A stretch of DNA of 63,984 nucleotides, filler included, from Octopus bimaculoides (taxonomy: Eukaryota): the NCBI RefSeq assembly GCF_001194135.2. It is 9 parts of 9 records of this genome, joined end to end, with 100 filler letters (N's around TTAATTAATTAA, not from the genome) between each part and the next. Parts side by side here need not be neighbours in the genome. Positions count along the whole stretch, not along the records: positions 22,918 to 35,687 come from NC_068987.1; positions 35,788 to 44,807 come from NC_068983.1; 7 more parts are not named here. The stretch is one strand, 5' to 3'. Every line of letters starts with the position of its first letter. Within the stretch, counting starts at the first letter, position 1. The translations under genes were made by a program, and so were the position numbers. Shown here piece by piece: positions 25,894 through 39,850 of the stretch. A model generated the notes under the pieces. It searched no databases, was not told where the DNA came from, and saw nothing but the letters and a program-made list of their open reading frames with translations.

Positions 25894-28669
25894 ATATATA
25901 TTTAAATAGAAATATAGACATAGTGTGTAAGAGATATGGGACATAGTGAGGGGTAAATCAACGTGCATATATATTTCAATATTATATATATTACGTGTGT
26001 GTGAGTGTATATATATGTAAAACATCATATCTACATACACACATACACATCATATATGCATATACACATGCACCTACGCGCGCGCGCACATATACTTATA
26101 CTAGATTGCTCCCCGCTATATGCCGAGTAACATTAGCGGTGTAAAGTAGTTTTTGTCACTTGATTAACGTCAAGAAGTATTGCGTACATGAAACCTATAT
26201 CATAATGCAGAAAGCCGCTTATGAATTAGATATGTAGTTACTAAAAGAAAGCAATAATTAAAGGCGTGACCGTCTGGAATTTTTTTTATAAATTCATGCT
26301 CCCAGAAATTTCCTATAATTTCGATTTCTGAATTTTTTGAATTTTTGAATTTCAATGTTACCAAAATTTAAACATTCGTTGCATTCGCTGCGGAATATTC
26401 CGTCTTCATTTTCAAAATTTCTCACTATTTTAGTGTATTCTTTTCAAATTTTAATTCGCTATTTGCAAAACCCATAGTTTATGCTGTATACGTAATGAAT
26501 AAACATTAATTTTCCAATGAAAATTTTTTGTTATACCGGTATAAGTTTTAGAAAAAATGTTAAGAAATGAATTTGCTGTTATGGCTGTTTGGAACGCTAT
26601 AAGCCTTACAATAATAAGTATCTGGACCAATTTGGGTCATTTTAAAAAACGTTAACGCCATGGGAGAAGCCTTTTCGGTAAAATAAGTGAATATTTTCAG
26701 AGGAAAAGGTGAACAACTCAAGGGAGGTTCGGCTGTTGTTTCTAGCACAAGTAAAACCACTCACCGTGCATTGATGTTTTTTTTCAATATTTTTCTCCCA
26801 TTAAAATTGTAACACATGCGTTATAAATTGGTGGAATATAATCAACAGCAAAAAATTGTAATCTAAATTGTTACCCCTACATCAATCAATCGAAGCCGTG
26901 TTGTCTGTAAGAAAAATATTTTCTAACATGAAATTATGCTATTAAAATGAATTATCGTTTACGTAATTCTTTTTTAAAATCCTTGTGCATCAAAGCCAGC
27001 AATGATCTTCTCAGGTTCTCCAGTATTTTAAATTATAAACAGAAAAATCGGGGACAAGAAGTGGGGTTGCAAAAAAAAATAGTATTAATATTTATTTAAA
27101 TTTTATTTTTCAGAGCTTATAAATGTATTTATGGGGAGAAAAAAATATTCTTTTCTACTCTCTGCACAAAGCCCGAAATTTTTGTGCAGTGTGGCTAGTC
27201 GATTAGATCGACTCCAGGACGCAACTGGTACTTTATTTATCGACCCTGAAAGGATGAAAGGCAAAGTCGACGTCGGCAGAATTTGAACTCAGAAAGTAGT
27301 GGGGAGAAAAATATTGCAAAACATCAACTCAAGCAAGAGTCATAATGAAACAAGAAAAGTTTCTTGGGATGTGGTAGAAAGAACAGCCAAATCTCCCTTA
27401 ACTCACTTTGTCCACCGAAAATATTAACAATTTATTTTATTTTTTGTTACCGAAAAGTCTCTTCACGTGGTTTTGAATTACAAAAATACAAAAATTGGTT
27501 AAAGTAGATCCAGAGTCGGATAATAAGAGAGGAAGAATTATAANNNNNNNNNNNNNNNNNNNNNNNNNNNNNNNNNNNNNNNNNNNNNNNNNNNNNNNNN
27601 NNNNNNNNNNNNNNNNNNNNNNNNNNNNNNNNNNNNNNNNNNNNNNNNNNNNNNNNNNNNNNNNNNNNNNNNNNNNNNNNNNNNNNNNNNNNNNNNNNNN
27701 NNNNNNNNNNNNNNNNNNNNNNNNNNNNNNNNNNNNNNNNNNNNNNNNNNNNNNNNNNNNNNNNNNNNNNNNNNNNNNNNNNNNNNNNNNNNNNNNNNNN
27801 NNNNNNNNNNNNNNNNNNNNNNNNNNNNNNNNNNNNNNNNNNNNNNNNNNNNNNNNNNNNNNNNNNNNNNNNNNNNNNNNNNNNNNNNNNNNNNNNNNNN
27901 NNNNNNNNNNNNNNNNNNNNNNNNNNNNNNNNNNNNNNNNNNNNNNNNNNNNNNNNNNNNNNNNNNNNNNNNNNNNNNNNNNNNNNNNNNNNNNNNNNNN
28001 NNNNNNNNNNNNNNNNNNNNNNNNNNNNNNNNNNNNNNNNNNNNNNNNNNNNNNNNNNNNNNNNNNNNNNNNNNNNNNNNNNNNNNNNNNNNNNNNNNNN
28101 NNNNNNNNNNNNNNNNNNNNNNNNNNNNNNNNCCCCCTCTCTCTCTCTCTGACCCCCACCGCTACAAAGCTTACAGATGGGCTGCTGATTTGAAATCTCT
28201 ATGTTGCTATGAAGGGAAGGTAAAACTTGACAACCTGCTTCCACTTTCGGAGTTGGACTACCTTGATATTTGTTTTAAAACAGAGAGATTATGACTGTGA
28301 TAAGATAATAAAAAGCAATATTTACTAAGCAAGTGAGCACTATTATACAAAGAAATAATTAGACGTAAAATATCGTAAAAATTATTAGAATTGAGTATAA
28401 AGCGTGAAAATATTATTAAGTGGCTACCAGAAAACCACCCGGAGGACAGTCTTTCTGCTGGTAATTATAATTCAGGTCTTATGTAATTTCCAGGTACATA
28501 CACAGAATGATGAAATGAATAATGCTTTTCAAGAGAAAATTATTTATTATCTTAATACTAAATTTAAAAAACTAGATTTTCTCGAGATAACACTTAATAA
28601 AACATCTCTAACATTTACTCTTTCTTCTCCTCCTGCAGCCGAGCCTATTTTGTCTGCTAATCTTGCATC

Positions 28670-28792
28670 TCATATTTTGTTTCTTTCCGTATTTTTTTCT
28701 AAACTTTGGCAAGATTTAAAGGAACTTGATTCGTGTTTGTGCGCATTTTTGTCCACCTCATGTCTTAAATCATGCGGTAAATTTGAGAGGAC
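28670..28792 (-). CDS. Candidate terminal coding exon: VLSNLPHDLRHEVDKNAHKHESSSFKSCQSLEKNTERNKI*
   Basis: Strong acceptor cttcttttatcattaccag|, phase 0, stop TGA at 28670-28672, minus-strand AATAAA near 28543. It lies in a different scaffold block, so linkage is inferred. Confidence 0.4.
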   Translation of the reverse strand, partial: VLSNLPHDLRHEVDKNAHKHESSSFKSCQSLEKNTERNKI

Positions 28793-28849
28793 CTGGTAAT
28801 GATAAAAGAAGTAGTAACAAACCTAGATTAATGTGTTAACGTACATCTG

Positions 28850-30080
28850 ATAAGTTACTTTAACTTCTACAACATCAGATGGCCAGAAGGCGATAATCCC
28901 TGGAATGATACGCAAAGAGCGCAATCAAGCAGAATCCCTAAATGATCTCACGAAATGCTGTTCATGGAGCAAACCACACTCTTCAAAACCAAAAAGGATG
29001 ACATCTGATTTCTGCTTCACCAACAATGTGGAACTTTTCTACAATGTGAAGATGTCACGGACACTCTCCTCAGATTCGAACATGATACAACTAACGATTT
29101 ATTGTCCAAAACTAATAATGATAGCCCACACAGATGACAACCAAACCGTATCTAGTCTGAACTTCTACAAGGCTGATTGGAAGTCAATTGAAAAACATAT
29201 TTCAGAAAAACTGGTTACATTTCTCGATATGCAAGACATTCATAAGCAACTTAAGCAGTTCATGTCAATAATGCCGGCCACATGCATTGCATTTGTCTCA
29301 GAGAAGAGAGCGACTACATGCAAAAATATCATTATCCGAGACAAAGATGAACGTTGATCACTTTAATAAACAACTTAATGACAGCAAAAAATCCTTCATC
29401 ATAAAGGCACTTTTAGAAATCTAAAATAAGCTCAGACGCTGATGGAAAGGAAAGGGCAGACAGAGAATCCAAGGTGGATGAAAATACAAAAGGGAAACCT
29501 AAAACCTTCTACAAGTTTGCAAAATAGTCTGACTTGGTGCACTTCACGTTAGGCACTTTTGGAGAAGGAATATCTAACTGAAAACCACAGGAGGATAAGT
29601 AAAATGCTAACTAAACAACTCCAAAGTGCCTTCGTCTCTCCACTGGGAAACATGCAAGTATGCGAGCCTGAAAATGTATTCACACACGGGAAAGAGGCAA
29701 CCATCGATTACAGAGTAATGTGTAATATCGGTCATTGATGAGATGAACTTTTAACTCTGCAATGGATCCAGATGGATTTCCGGATGCACTCACAAAACCA
29801 CTGCGCTTAACTATTCAGAGTTTTCTTAAATAAGAGACAGCAGCTCAAGCACACAAACGTGCATGTGATATATGACGACGTTGCCAAGGCGTTCGAGAGA
29901 GTTTATCATGAGATGATATGTAAGAAACTGCGTGACCTTAAACTGCCTGGTTTTTTAAAAGGCAGAAATCAGGCGGTTGCAGCCAATTTTCTCTGTATAA
30001 CAAGACATCATTTCGCTGCGGAGTCCCTCAAGGAACTGTGCTGGGACCACCTCTGTTTGTGGTGATTCTCTCAGACATGC
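28850..30080 (+). mobile_element. CR1/Jockey-group LINE ORF2 relic (endonuclease end to RT)
   Basis: LNFYKADW, KPKTFYKFAK, HVIYDDVAKAFERVYHE..KKL, FLKGRNQAV and GVPQGTVLGPPLFVVILSDM in shifting frames; ends in a (CA)n/(TA)n tract. Confidence 0.85.
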
Positions 30081-30110
30081 TTTCACACAAACACAGATAC
30101 ACACACACAG

Positions 30111-30199
<89 letters not shown>

Positions 30200-31599
30200 T
30201 TGTGCATGCGTGTGTGCCTTTTTAAAATTTTGTTGAGTGTGCTCGTGGTTAGTTCATTGACAATATGTCGGATGCTTCCTCTTTTATTTCCTGAAGAACG
30301 ATAATCATTTTCATATGGACATTTCTATCTAACTCTAACAAGCCAAGCCGACCTCTGAGGATTTGAACTCAGAATACGTTGCGTTCTACCTATACTGCCA
30401 ACTCACTGCTTGAGCCTGACTTTAATATTGTGATAAATTTGATGTGTTTTATAATTCTCAAATATTAATACTTGATTTGTATCTCACATATTAATTCCTA
30501 CAAAATTCAGCACCATATAACTTAAGTACAATCTCAACAACAAGTATTTTCTTAATTGGTTTCCCCATTTCTAAATGTACACCACCAATCGATTTTCGAC
30601 TGAATATAATCTACATACTATACATGTCGTTGTATATATGTATGTTTATACCTATTATTACAAATAGATATTGATATATTTGTCTTTAAAGTTAATTTAT
30701 TCATGTCTTTTGTGGTGTACTACATAATTATCTCGTTTAACATATACTATTTCTACAATTCTTCCTTGATTTATTCTTGACATTGAATGTTAAAGAGTAC
30801 GACTGAATATAAACATATACTTATGAAACTACCAAAATCTGCATAAGGCCGAAGAATATTGAGATCATGATACTGTGATTGTCAAATTCTCATTCTATAT
30901 ATTGGGCTATTATGTAATTATTACTTGTGGCAAGACATTCTGGCTTCATATGTCTTTCTTGTGTGACCTAGGCCGCAACACACAAATTATCACATCTACA
31001 ACACCATCATTTATATAGATATACAAACAGTTCGACGTGGACTTTTTGTTTTATCAGTAGCATTCAAGGTGTATAAGATTCGTGAGTTCGAATTTGAGAA
31101 ATCTTGATGGCTAAATAGTATAATTCTTCAGATTGCACTAAGCACGTTTTTAAAGACAACATTTTCAAATAAATCTTAAAGTATTTAAGTTGGTATGATT
31201 GAAACTGAGGGAGAGGTATATATTTCTTGGCCGGCACGGCAAAGATATAGCTTATGTGCGCGCGCGCGTTTGTGTGTGTTCGTGCGCGCGTGTGTGTAAG
31301 CAATGTGTATATCAGTAAGCAGCCATTAGATTGCTTCAGACAAACCGTTCCATGACTTTCCTGAGTGTGAGATCCAAGAGGTGGGGCTTTAATTTTCAGC
31401 AACTGTTCCTTACATCTTTATTTTTAGGACATTATATTTCCCTGAAAATTATTGGAAAGTCTGCCACAAGCAACGAAGTTTGGGGAAAATATCGAAGCTT
31501 GCCAGAACTATTTTACTTTTTTATTCTTTTACTAGTTTCAGTCATTTGACTACGGCCATGCTGATATACCGCCTTAATATCTAAGTCTATAAAGTTATC

Positions 31600-32570
31600 A
31601 CTGGAAAACCAATTGATGTTCAGCCCGTGAATGACCAATATTGCACCCTCCTGTTTGGTGTTAGGCTGCAGATTTGAAGACCTCACTGGGTTTATTTATT
31701 CTAATGTTTCTGAATGGGATACTGAAAGCAATTTAGAATTGTTAATTTAGTGTTTCAGTTACAGTTTTGGATTTGCTGTCAGTGAATGATTTTATTTTTT
31801 TTTTGTACCTGCCCTGGAATCTTTTCTTTACCTCTGAATTTCATTGGATAGTCTAATGTTGATTTTAGTTGTTTTTGATGTTTGAAAAACCTTTTGTAAG
31901 TAGGATTTTTCGGGGTCATTAATTTGTTTCTTTAAGATATTTCCGATGTTTACTTTTCGTTTCACGCGGCCTCATCTCTAACTAAAAGGTATTGCTCTGG
32001 TGTGTGTTGTCTTTGCTTAATGTGACAAATTTAAGTCATATGTCTGGCTTTATCGACATAAATTCTTTAAGGTTCATATCACAGAGATTTTTCGAATGAT
32101 TTTTTTTTCAGGTTATCTTTTCAAACCGACTACCAACCAGCTCTTGACTATCTCAGGCAGGATAGCGTTCGTTTGATAACTTAGTAATATATGTCTTCCA
32201 TTAGCATTGGACCATGTATTGAGATTTGATTTATGTTACAGCCTGAGAAAAATTTAGAATAACTTTCACATTCTGGTTTAATTACACGTTTTTGGTGCAG
32301 CAGAAAACCAAGATAACATTGTTCCTAGTATATTACAGTATTATTTGTTCGATGGACATTATTTTAGCAAGATCAAATACAAATTCTGCTCTAAGTTTTT
32401 CATGGCGTAACAACTCTGATATGATGCCTTCGGACCATTTGCTCTGACAGAATCGAAGTTGGTCAACAAAAATGAAATGATGCGTAGATATACGTTTGTT
32501 ATTTCTTTGATCTATCTTTATCACACGTTCATCAATTTTTTTTTTTTTTACCAGGATTTCAGACCTCATA
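31600..32570 (-). mobile_element. Highly decayed LINE RT relic
   Basis: VDQLRF / AEFVFDLAK / EQIIL / GPML occur in the order and rough spacing of QFGFR..A.F.DLSKAFD..H.ILL..GPLL. Confidence 0.5.
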
Positions 32571-34584
32571 TAAAAAACACGATGTAAATACTTCTATTTT
32601 TTAAAAAAATAAACTATTAATATGAAACAGCTTGAGTTGAATGTGAGAACAAGTTTAAGTGCATGACTACTTGACAGATGTAGGCAGCAATCGCACATTG
32701 ATATATTTGTTTCTTTTCAATACGAAACACAACACAGTTTGTTATGTGTAACTCGGGATCGGTTGTGCATATAGATAGCTACGTATAATATGTAGATTAC
32801 TTGATTGCATGTGGGGAGTAACTTCTCTGATGTGGAAATTTAATTCTCTTGCAGAGCTGAAATAGTCTTCTGATATTTGATACTAAGATGGGGGTGGGGG
32901 CTGTTTGATTTCGTATCCTTGGTGACCATACGGGAAATATTATATATAATGGCTTTATTTGTTGATATTCGTGGCCTAGGCTCAGTTTCCTTGATAACCA
33001 TGTCATCCCCTACACATTTTTTGTGCTACACTTAAACTATCACGACCCCTACGATATTAAGTAGGGATACACCATGACACAGGTTCCTGTTATTGCTATA
33101 AACGTATATATACATATGTGTATGTGTGTATACACATACATATGTTCTTTTATATATACATGCATATATATATATATATATATATATATAAATGTATGTG
33201 TGTGTGTATGTGTGTGTACAAAGTCAGAGAGAGAAAGTTAGAGAGTGAGGGAGAGAGTGGGGAAAGAGATATACACACATTGTTAAAAATATCCTCACAT
33301 GCACGAGCAACTATGCATATACATGTGTCAAGAATTATAAGCAACGATGAAAATTTTCTCAAAATTGGCTGTAACCAGCAGTGACTAATACTAACTGTTT
33401 CTTTTCTAGATAGCAACGTATTGAATCAGGTAGCCATATTGGAATAAACTTCAAAAACAAACGCTGCAAGAAATATATCAGCACAAGTCTCGTTGTGTTT
33501 TCGCAATTTCGTTGATATGAAAACGATAGCTTTCCATATTGAGTGAAATAAAATGAATGGAAATGATTGACGAGAGATCAATTTCGAATACAAGGGAGCC
33601 CATATTCCCTGAACAGGAAATGATATAACAACGCCTCGAAATTTTGCACGTTCTTGTAATCGAAAGATTCATATATACCTGAATAAATACAAGAAACACA
33701 CACACGCGCGTATTATAAATGCGCTGTGAAGTGTGACACCTACCCCGCGTCCGTGCTTAGTAAAAGTCCACACACTTGATTCTTACATGGAAAACGATGC
33801 GACGCGGAACATCAGACTACGGAATAGACTTGTTTCCGTGTGCACACGCGCGTGTGTATGTGTGTGTGTGATTATGTATGTGTGCTTGTTGCGCAAAATC
33901 TTATTCTCTATAAATATCATAATTTGATTTAGAGCAATTCGCACTTGAAACATAAGGGACAATAGAGAAACTATTATTATTTATCCTTTATTAATATTGT
34001 TTTTAGTCGGCACAATCGTTAGCACACCAGACAAAATGCATAGCAGCATTTCAGGCTTTTTGCCCAAAATAGAAATAATAATAATTATCATTACTGAGGT
34101 GGTGAATCGGCTACATTATCAGAACGCTGTACGAAATGCTTAGCGACCTTGTTTGTTTTAATTCTCCATTTTACATTCTGAAATCAAATGCTATCTTGTT
34201 AAACACTGCTTCTATCGTTTCAGAGTCCATAAATTAAGTACTAGTCGAACATTTGGTCAATGTAATCGACTAGGTCCCACACCCAAAATATGAAGTCTTG
34301 CCTGTATAGACGAAAGAACTATGTTTAGTATTATATATCAACAAATTGAGAGAATCATTAATACGCAGAATAATTTTGCAGCCAGTGTTTCGTTCAGGTT
34401 CTCTAAGAAAATGGTTTCCAATACATCGATATCAAAATTGGTTCTCTTCTTTTAGCCATCAAGTGTCCACAAACTAAGGTATTACTGGTATCGAAACTAC
34501 GTATTAAAATTCATTTCCAGAATTTATTGGTTCTGGGCATACATTACAACGCCTTCAACAGGTGTGTCACCAGCAGCGGGGACA

Positions 34585-34723
34585 GCAGTAGCAGCAGCAG
34601 CAGAAGTAGTAGTAGTAGTAGTAGTAGTACTAGTAGTAGTAGTAGTAGTGGTAGTGGCAGCAGCAGCGGTAGAAGTAGTAGTAGTAGTATAAATAGTAGT
34701 AGTAGAAGTAGTAGTAGTAGAAT

Positions 34724-34758
<35 letters not shown>

Positions 34759-34800
34759 ATAGTAGTAGTAGTATAAGTAGTAGTAGTAATAGTAGTAGTA

Positions 34801-34858
<58 letters not shown>

Positions 34859-34889
34859 GAGCAGTAGTAGTAGTAGGAGGAGGAGGAGC

Positions 34890-34926
<37 letters not shown>

Positions 34927-34927
34927 A

Positions 34928-34962
<35 letters not shown>

Positions 34963-34989
34963 CTGGTGGTGGTGGTGGTGGTGGTAGTT

Positions 34990-35049
<60 letters not shown>

Positions 35050-35050
35050 A
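34585..35050. repeat. Long imperfect (AGT)n trinucleotide array
   Basis: About 460 bp of agt/agc repeats; source of the spurious poly-Ser and poly-Thr ORFs. Confidence 0.97.
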
Positions 35051-35655
35051 TAGACGACTTGTCTATCAACAAGTTTCTATAGACAAGCGTCTGATCATAT
35101 ATATTTCCTTACCATTTAACAATAAAGCAAACGATTCCAATATTCTGGAATTAACCATCTGAAAACTACTTCCACTATCCGTCCATATCAAACGCCCTGC
35201 GGCTAAGATGTGTGTGAGTGTGTGTGTGTGTGTGGGTGTGTGTGTGTGTGTTTGTGAGCACATATTNNNNNNNNNNGTGTGTTTGTGAGCACATATTGAT
35301 ACACACACACACTCACACAAATATATATATAACTATGTATGTATACATGTATTCCTGTACGTGTGTATGTAGTTATGTGTATGTTTGTGTATAAATACCC
35401 TAACAGACACATGCCATACATATAGAAAGGAAGCGCTTATACAACCACATATTCACAATAATGTATATGCATACGAGTGCCCCCCCCCAACCTCATCTCT
35501 CTGTTTATCACCTCTCTCTTTCTTTCTTTCTTTCTTTCTACATGTATGTATATATGTATATAGGATTGTAGGCATTCAGTCACTTATTTGATGGTACTGG
35601 AAACAAATATATTGAAAGCAAAACATTTCCATATATATACATATATATGTATATG

Positions 35656-35687
<32 letters not shown>

Positions 35688-35787
35688 NNNNNNNNNNNNN
35701 NNNNNNNNNNNNNNNNNNNNNNNNNNNNNNNTTAATTAATTAANNNNNNNNNNNNNNNNNNNNNNNNNNNNNNNNNNNNNNNNNNNN

Positions 35788-35846
<59 letters not shown>

Positions 35847-36412
35847 CATTGTTTTCCATTTTAATATTCACTTTTCCATGCTTGCAAGGATCAGATGGAA
35901 TTTGTTGAGGCAGATTTTCTACAACTAGATGCCCTTCCTGTCACCTACCCTCGCCTGTTTCTAAGTAAGGTAATATTTCACCCTAGCTGGACACATATTC
36001 ACAGAAGATTGGAAACAAAGAACACTACTTGTATGATGATGATACTCATCTAAAACTCTCATGTGATGCCATGACAAGGAGACACTAACACCCTCCCACA
36101 CACACATACATATAATAACACAGACAGATATATGTGTGTGTTTGTGAAATATATATATATATATATATACATATACATATTCATATATATATATATGTAT
36201 GTGTGTATGTATGTGTGTATAAATGATGGGCTTCTTCCAGTTTCTGTCTACCAAATTCACTCTCGAGGTTTTAGTCTGCTTGAGACAATAATTGAAGACA
36301 CTCGCCCAAAGTATCACAGAACCAAAGATGATTTGGTTGGAAAGGAAATTAGGATATTTTAGAAAAATGGATAGATATACATGTGTGCACGCACACACAC
36401 GCACACACACAT

Positions 36413-36453
<41 letters not shown>

Positions 36454-36462
36454 TATGAAATT

Positions 36463-36493
<31 letters not shown>

Positions 36494-36625
36494 CAGCAAC
36501 AGCAGTAGTAGTGGCGGCAGCAACAACAACAAGAATATTAGCAGCAGCAGCAGCAGCAGCAACAGCAACAGTAGTAGTGATCTTCATTGTTGTTGTCGAT
36601 GTTGCTGCTGCTGCTGCTGCTGCTA

Positions 36626-36659
<34 letters not shown>

Positions 36660-36725
36660 GGATGATGCTTTTGATGTAGTTGTTATGATTAATTGTAAAT
36701 GGTTGAAATATAACCTCCAACTCAC

Positions 36726-36881
36726 CTGTAGCAATAATGCAATGTGACTGGAAGTCAGATACTTCAATCCAGTATCTCCATCTCCATGTCTATCAACCTT
36801 GTTAATTTGCTGCAGGACTTCTGAGTTCTCGAATCTCCATTTTACAGGTCTTTGTTTGAGAGATTTAGCTTCTGGTTGCTT
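36726..36881 (-). CDS. Probable exon D of the same gene: KQPEAKSLKQRPVKWRFENSEVLQQINKVDRHGDGDTGLKYLTSSHIALLLQ
   Basis: Acceptor attggctttgttag|, strong donor CAG|gtgagt, 156 nt open, phase 0-0. Linkage to exon C across two scaffold spacers is inferred. Confidence 0.65.
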
Positions 36882-39804
36882 CTAACAAAGCCAATAATCA
36901 ACTCCAAGACTGCTAATGAGAATGTGTACATTATTGGGATACCATATCACTTCAGCAATCAACCAATCAGTCCAACAGAGCTGAACACTTTATTCCCAGA
37001 GGCTTAAATCCACATTGATGTAAGGTTGTTCCTCACAGAGAGTAAGTAACCTCCATCATCAGCCAACCCCTTCATGCCCTACTCTACTTTCATTATGGTT
37101 CAATACAGAATGAGCATGAATATAGATAACTATTTGCGTAGATATGAATATAGATACAGAAATATAAGCGTACACTTGATCTTTGATATTTACAAACTGG
37201 TATTGGATAATAAGCCTTTCAGTGGCCAACGTCAGTGATGAGTCTAAAAATATTCTCACAACACATTTTGTCTGTAGAAATTGGAAACAACAATGGCTAT
37301 GTCAGTCAGTTTTCAATAAAATATTGTCTCATTTGGTGTTAACACTAAGTCAGATGCGAAAAGTGATTTTATTTTATTAGATGTTGAAAATATTAAAATA
37401 AAGTTTTCCTTCTATGTTTCAGTAGACAAGTGATTTGTGCATATATTAAACCTAAAGCTATTGGAATTCAATGCAATAAATATTGACTACACAGTTATCT
37501 TTTCACTCTTGTTGAATACTTTGAGATTTATATCTATATCTCTTTCCTGACAATTGCATTATTGCTGGTTGTATTATGGGCACATTTACAGCCACATAAA
37601 TTGCAGTCTACTGCTACATATTATTAGAATAGCTTTGTTTTACATAAATATTAAGCTAAACCCATCTTATGATGCAACATAAAAGAAATTGGAAAACTTC
37701 AATACATGTAATATTATATTTTTTCTTGTATGTTACATTATAACAGAGAGGCCACGCCTATAGCTTTTTGAATTTACCAATTATTCTTTTTATTTTTTAT
37801 ATTTTATTTCTTTATCTGCAGTTTTTACATAATTTTTTTCTTTTATTCATTGCAACATAGGTGGGATATTTTTTGTTAGAACAACCATTTTCTTTTTTTT
37901 CTTTTATTGCTGGATATTTTCTGCATGGCTAACCATTGAAATGGGAAGTAGAAGTGGAACCTGCTGTCTGTCAAAGAAACTGACACATGCAGAGTTATGT
38001 GCCTTTCTCAAACCATAGTATAACACTTATAGAACCATTTGAATTCATTATCATATTATACATTTGCTGTCACCTTAACCTCACAGTCATGCACCTCCTC
38101 TATAGCAAGACACCTTTTTCTGCCTCTCTGTTTCACTCTAATCTTTCATTATCCAACACAAGATCCCCTCCTCCAGTGTCTCCTCTCCTCTCCAAATTCC
38201 TTGTCTTGCACATTGCTTGGTGACCTTACTGGTGCTGGTGCCATGTAAAAAGCATCCAGCCCACATTGTAAAGCGGTTGGCATTTGGAAGGGCACCCAGC
38301 TGTAAAAACCATACCAAAACTGACCTCACCTGTGCTGGTGCCACATAAAAAGCTCTCAGTCCACTCTGTGGAATGGTTGGTGTGAGGAAGGGCATCTGGC
38401 AATAAAAATCCTGCCAAAACAAACACAGTAGTAGCCTAGGGTAGTCTTCTGTCTGGCTAGCTCCTGTCTAACCATTCAACCCATGCCTGCATGGAAGGTG
38501 GATATTGATGATGATGATGATGATTCACTCACATATAAATTTGCATACATACATACATACATACATGCTCATATGTCAAAGTGTAGCTGCAAATAAGCGA
38601 GCCTTTATGATGTCATTCAACATTCCAGAAGTGGCAGTAAAATACCCCTCGAATGAGAACCCATATATCACACTGGACAAATACAATCCATGATAATCAA
38701 AGAAAAAATTTAAAAAGAGATTGCTGTGGCTAGAGTCTTTCTGACCACCAGCCGACTTAGGCAGATCTGCTTCCTGGGCCATAGAACAAGAAAAAGAAGT
38801 AAATATTCTTTTATTTGTTTCAGTCATTTGACTGTGGCCATGCTGGAGCACTGTCTTTAGTCGAACAAACCAGCCCCAGGACTTATTCTTTGTTAGCCTA
38901 GTACCTATTCTATCAATCTCTTTTGCCGAACTGCTAAGCTACAGGAACGTGAACACACCGACATCGGTTGTCCAGTGATAGTGTGGGGACAAACACAGGC
39001 AAACAAACACACACACACACACACACACAACTGGCTTCTTTCAGTTTCTGTCTACCATATCCACTCACAAGGCTTTGGTCAGCTTGAGGCTATAGTAGAA
39101 GACATTTGCTCAAGGTGCTATGCAGTGAAACTGAACCCAGAACCATGTGGTTGGTAAGCAAGCTACTTACCACACAGCCACTCCTGTGCCTATAAAATAT
39201 CACTACATATGCATATAGTTGTGAGAAGGTGAGAGTTGTATTATTAGGTGTTGTCACATTGCTGGAGATGGTGAAAATGATATAAGATGACAAGGAGAAA
39301 ATGAGGCTTCTGTTAATACTTGTAGGTGTTTATGAATGAAAATTGTGCTGATATAAGATAATTCCACTCCTACAGAGTTGCAGTATTTAGTTTCATCTTC
39401 TTACTTTCTGAATTTAAATCCTAACTTTGCCTCCCATCAGTCCATGGTGGATGAAATAAGGACCATCAATTCTAGAGTTTGTTCGATCACTTGTAACAGC
39501 ATGGCTGACAACATCAAAATTTATATTTAGTAAACCCATTAAAAGCAAGCTCTTCAAAGACAAGGAATAAATTTAGTAAACTCTTTAATGCCAAGCTCCT
39601 CACAGTTATTCTTAAACTTAGCAAAATCTATTACTGCATTCCTGCCAAGCTTTTCAAAGAAACCACTGAAGCATTCAACAAGACTCAGCCTATATTTTGA
39701 AGAAAGGGAACTGAACCTTTCTGTGAATAGAATATTTCTAAAGGGTCAAAACCTGTGAGATCAATTTATTTGCCAGTACACATCACCTACAAAGATCATT
39801 CACC

Positions 39805-39850
<46 letters not shown>

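Noticed and set aside
26765-26905. Strong minus-strand acceptor/donor pair with an LQFFAVDYIP stretch loosely like DOCK YLQIYAV
   Set aside because: All three frames contain stops between the sites; at best a non-coding exon.
15956-28244. Long X-containing ORFs (e.g. 15956-16810, 27437-28244; also 2287-2892)
   Set aside because: They are open only because they run through N gaps.
33478-33678. Minus-strand acceptor followed by open frames (VYMNLSIT... or IYESFDYKNVQ...)
   Set aside because: No recognisable homology or matching donor; cannot be tied to either gene.
34456-34561. Plus-strand mini-exon candidates (also about 40425-40442 and about 42576 onward)
   Set aside because: The implied intron is only 42 nt, and no coherent plus-strand chain could be built.
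34524-35162. 182-aa and 211-aa poly-Thr/poly-Ser 'mucin-like' ORFs
   Set aside because: They are translations of an (AGT)n array with no supported splice or start context.
35961-36767. 268-aa ORF
   Set aside because: It is read-through from exon D's end into microsatellites and SINE sequence.
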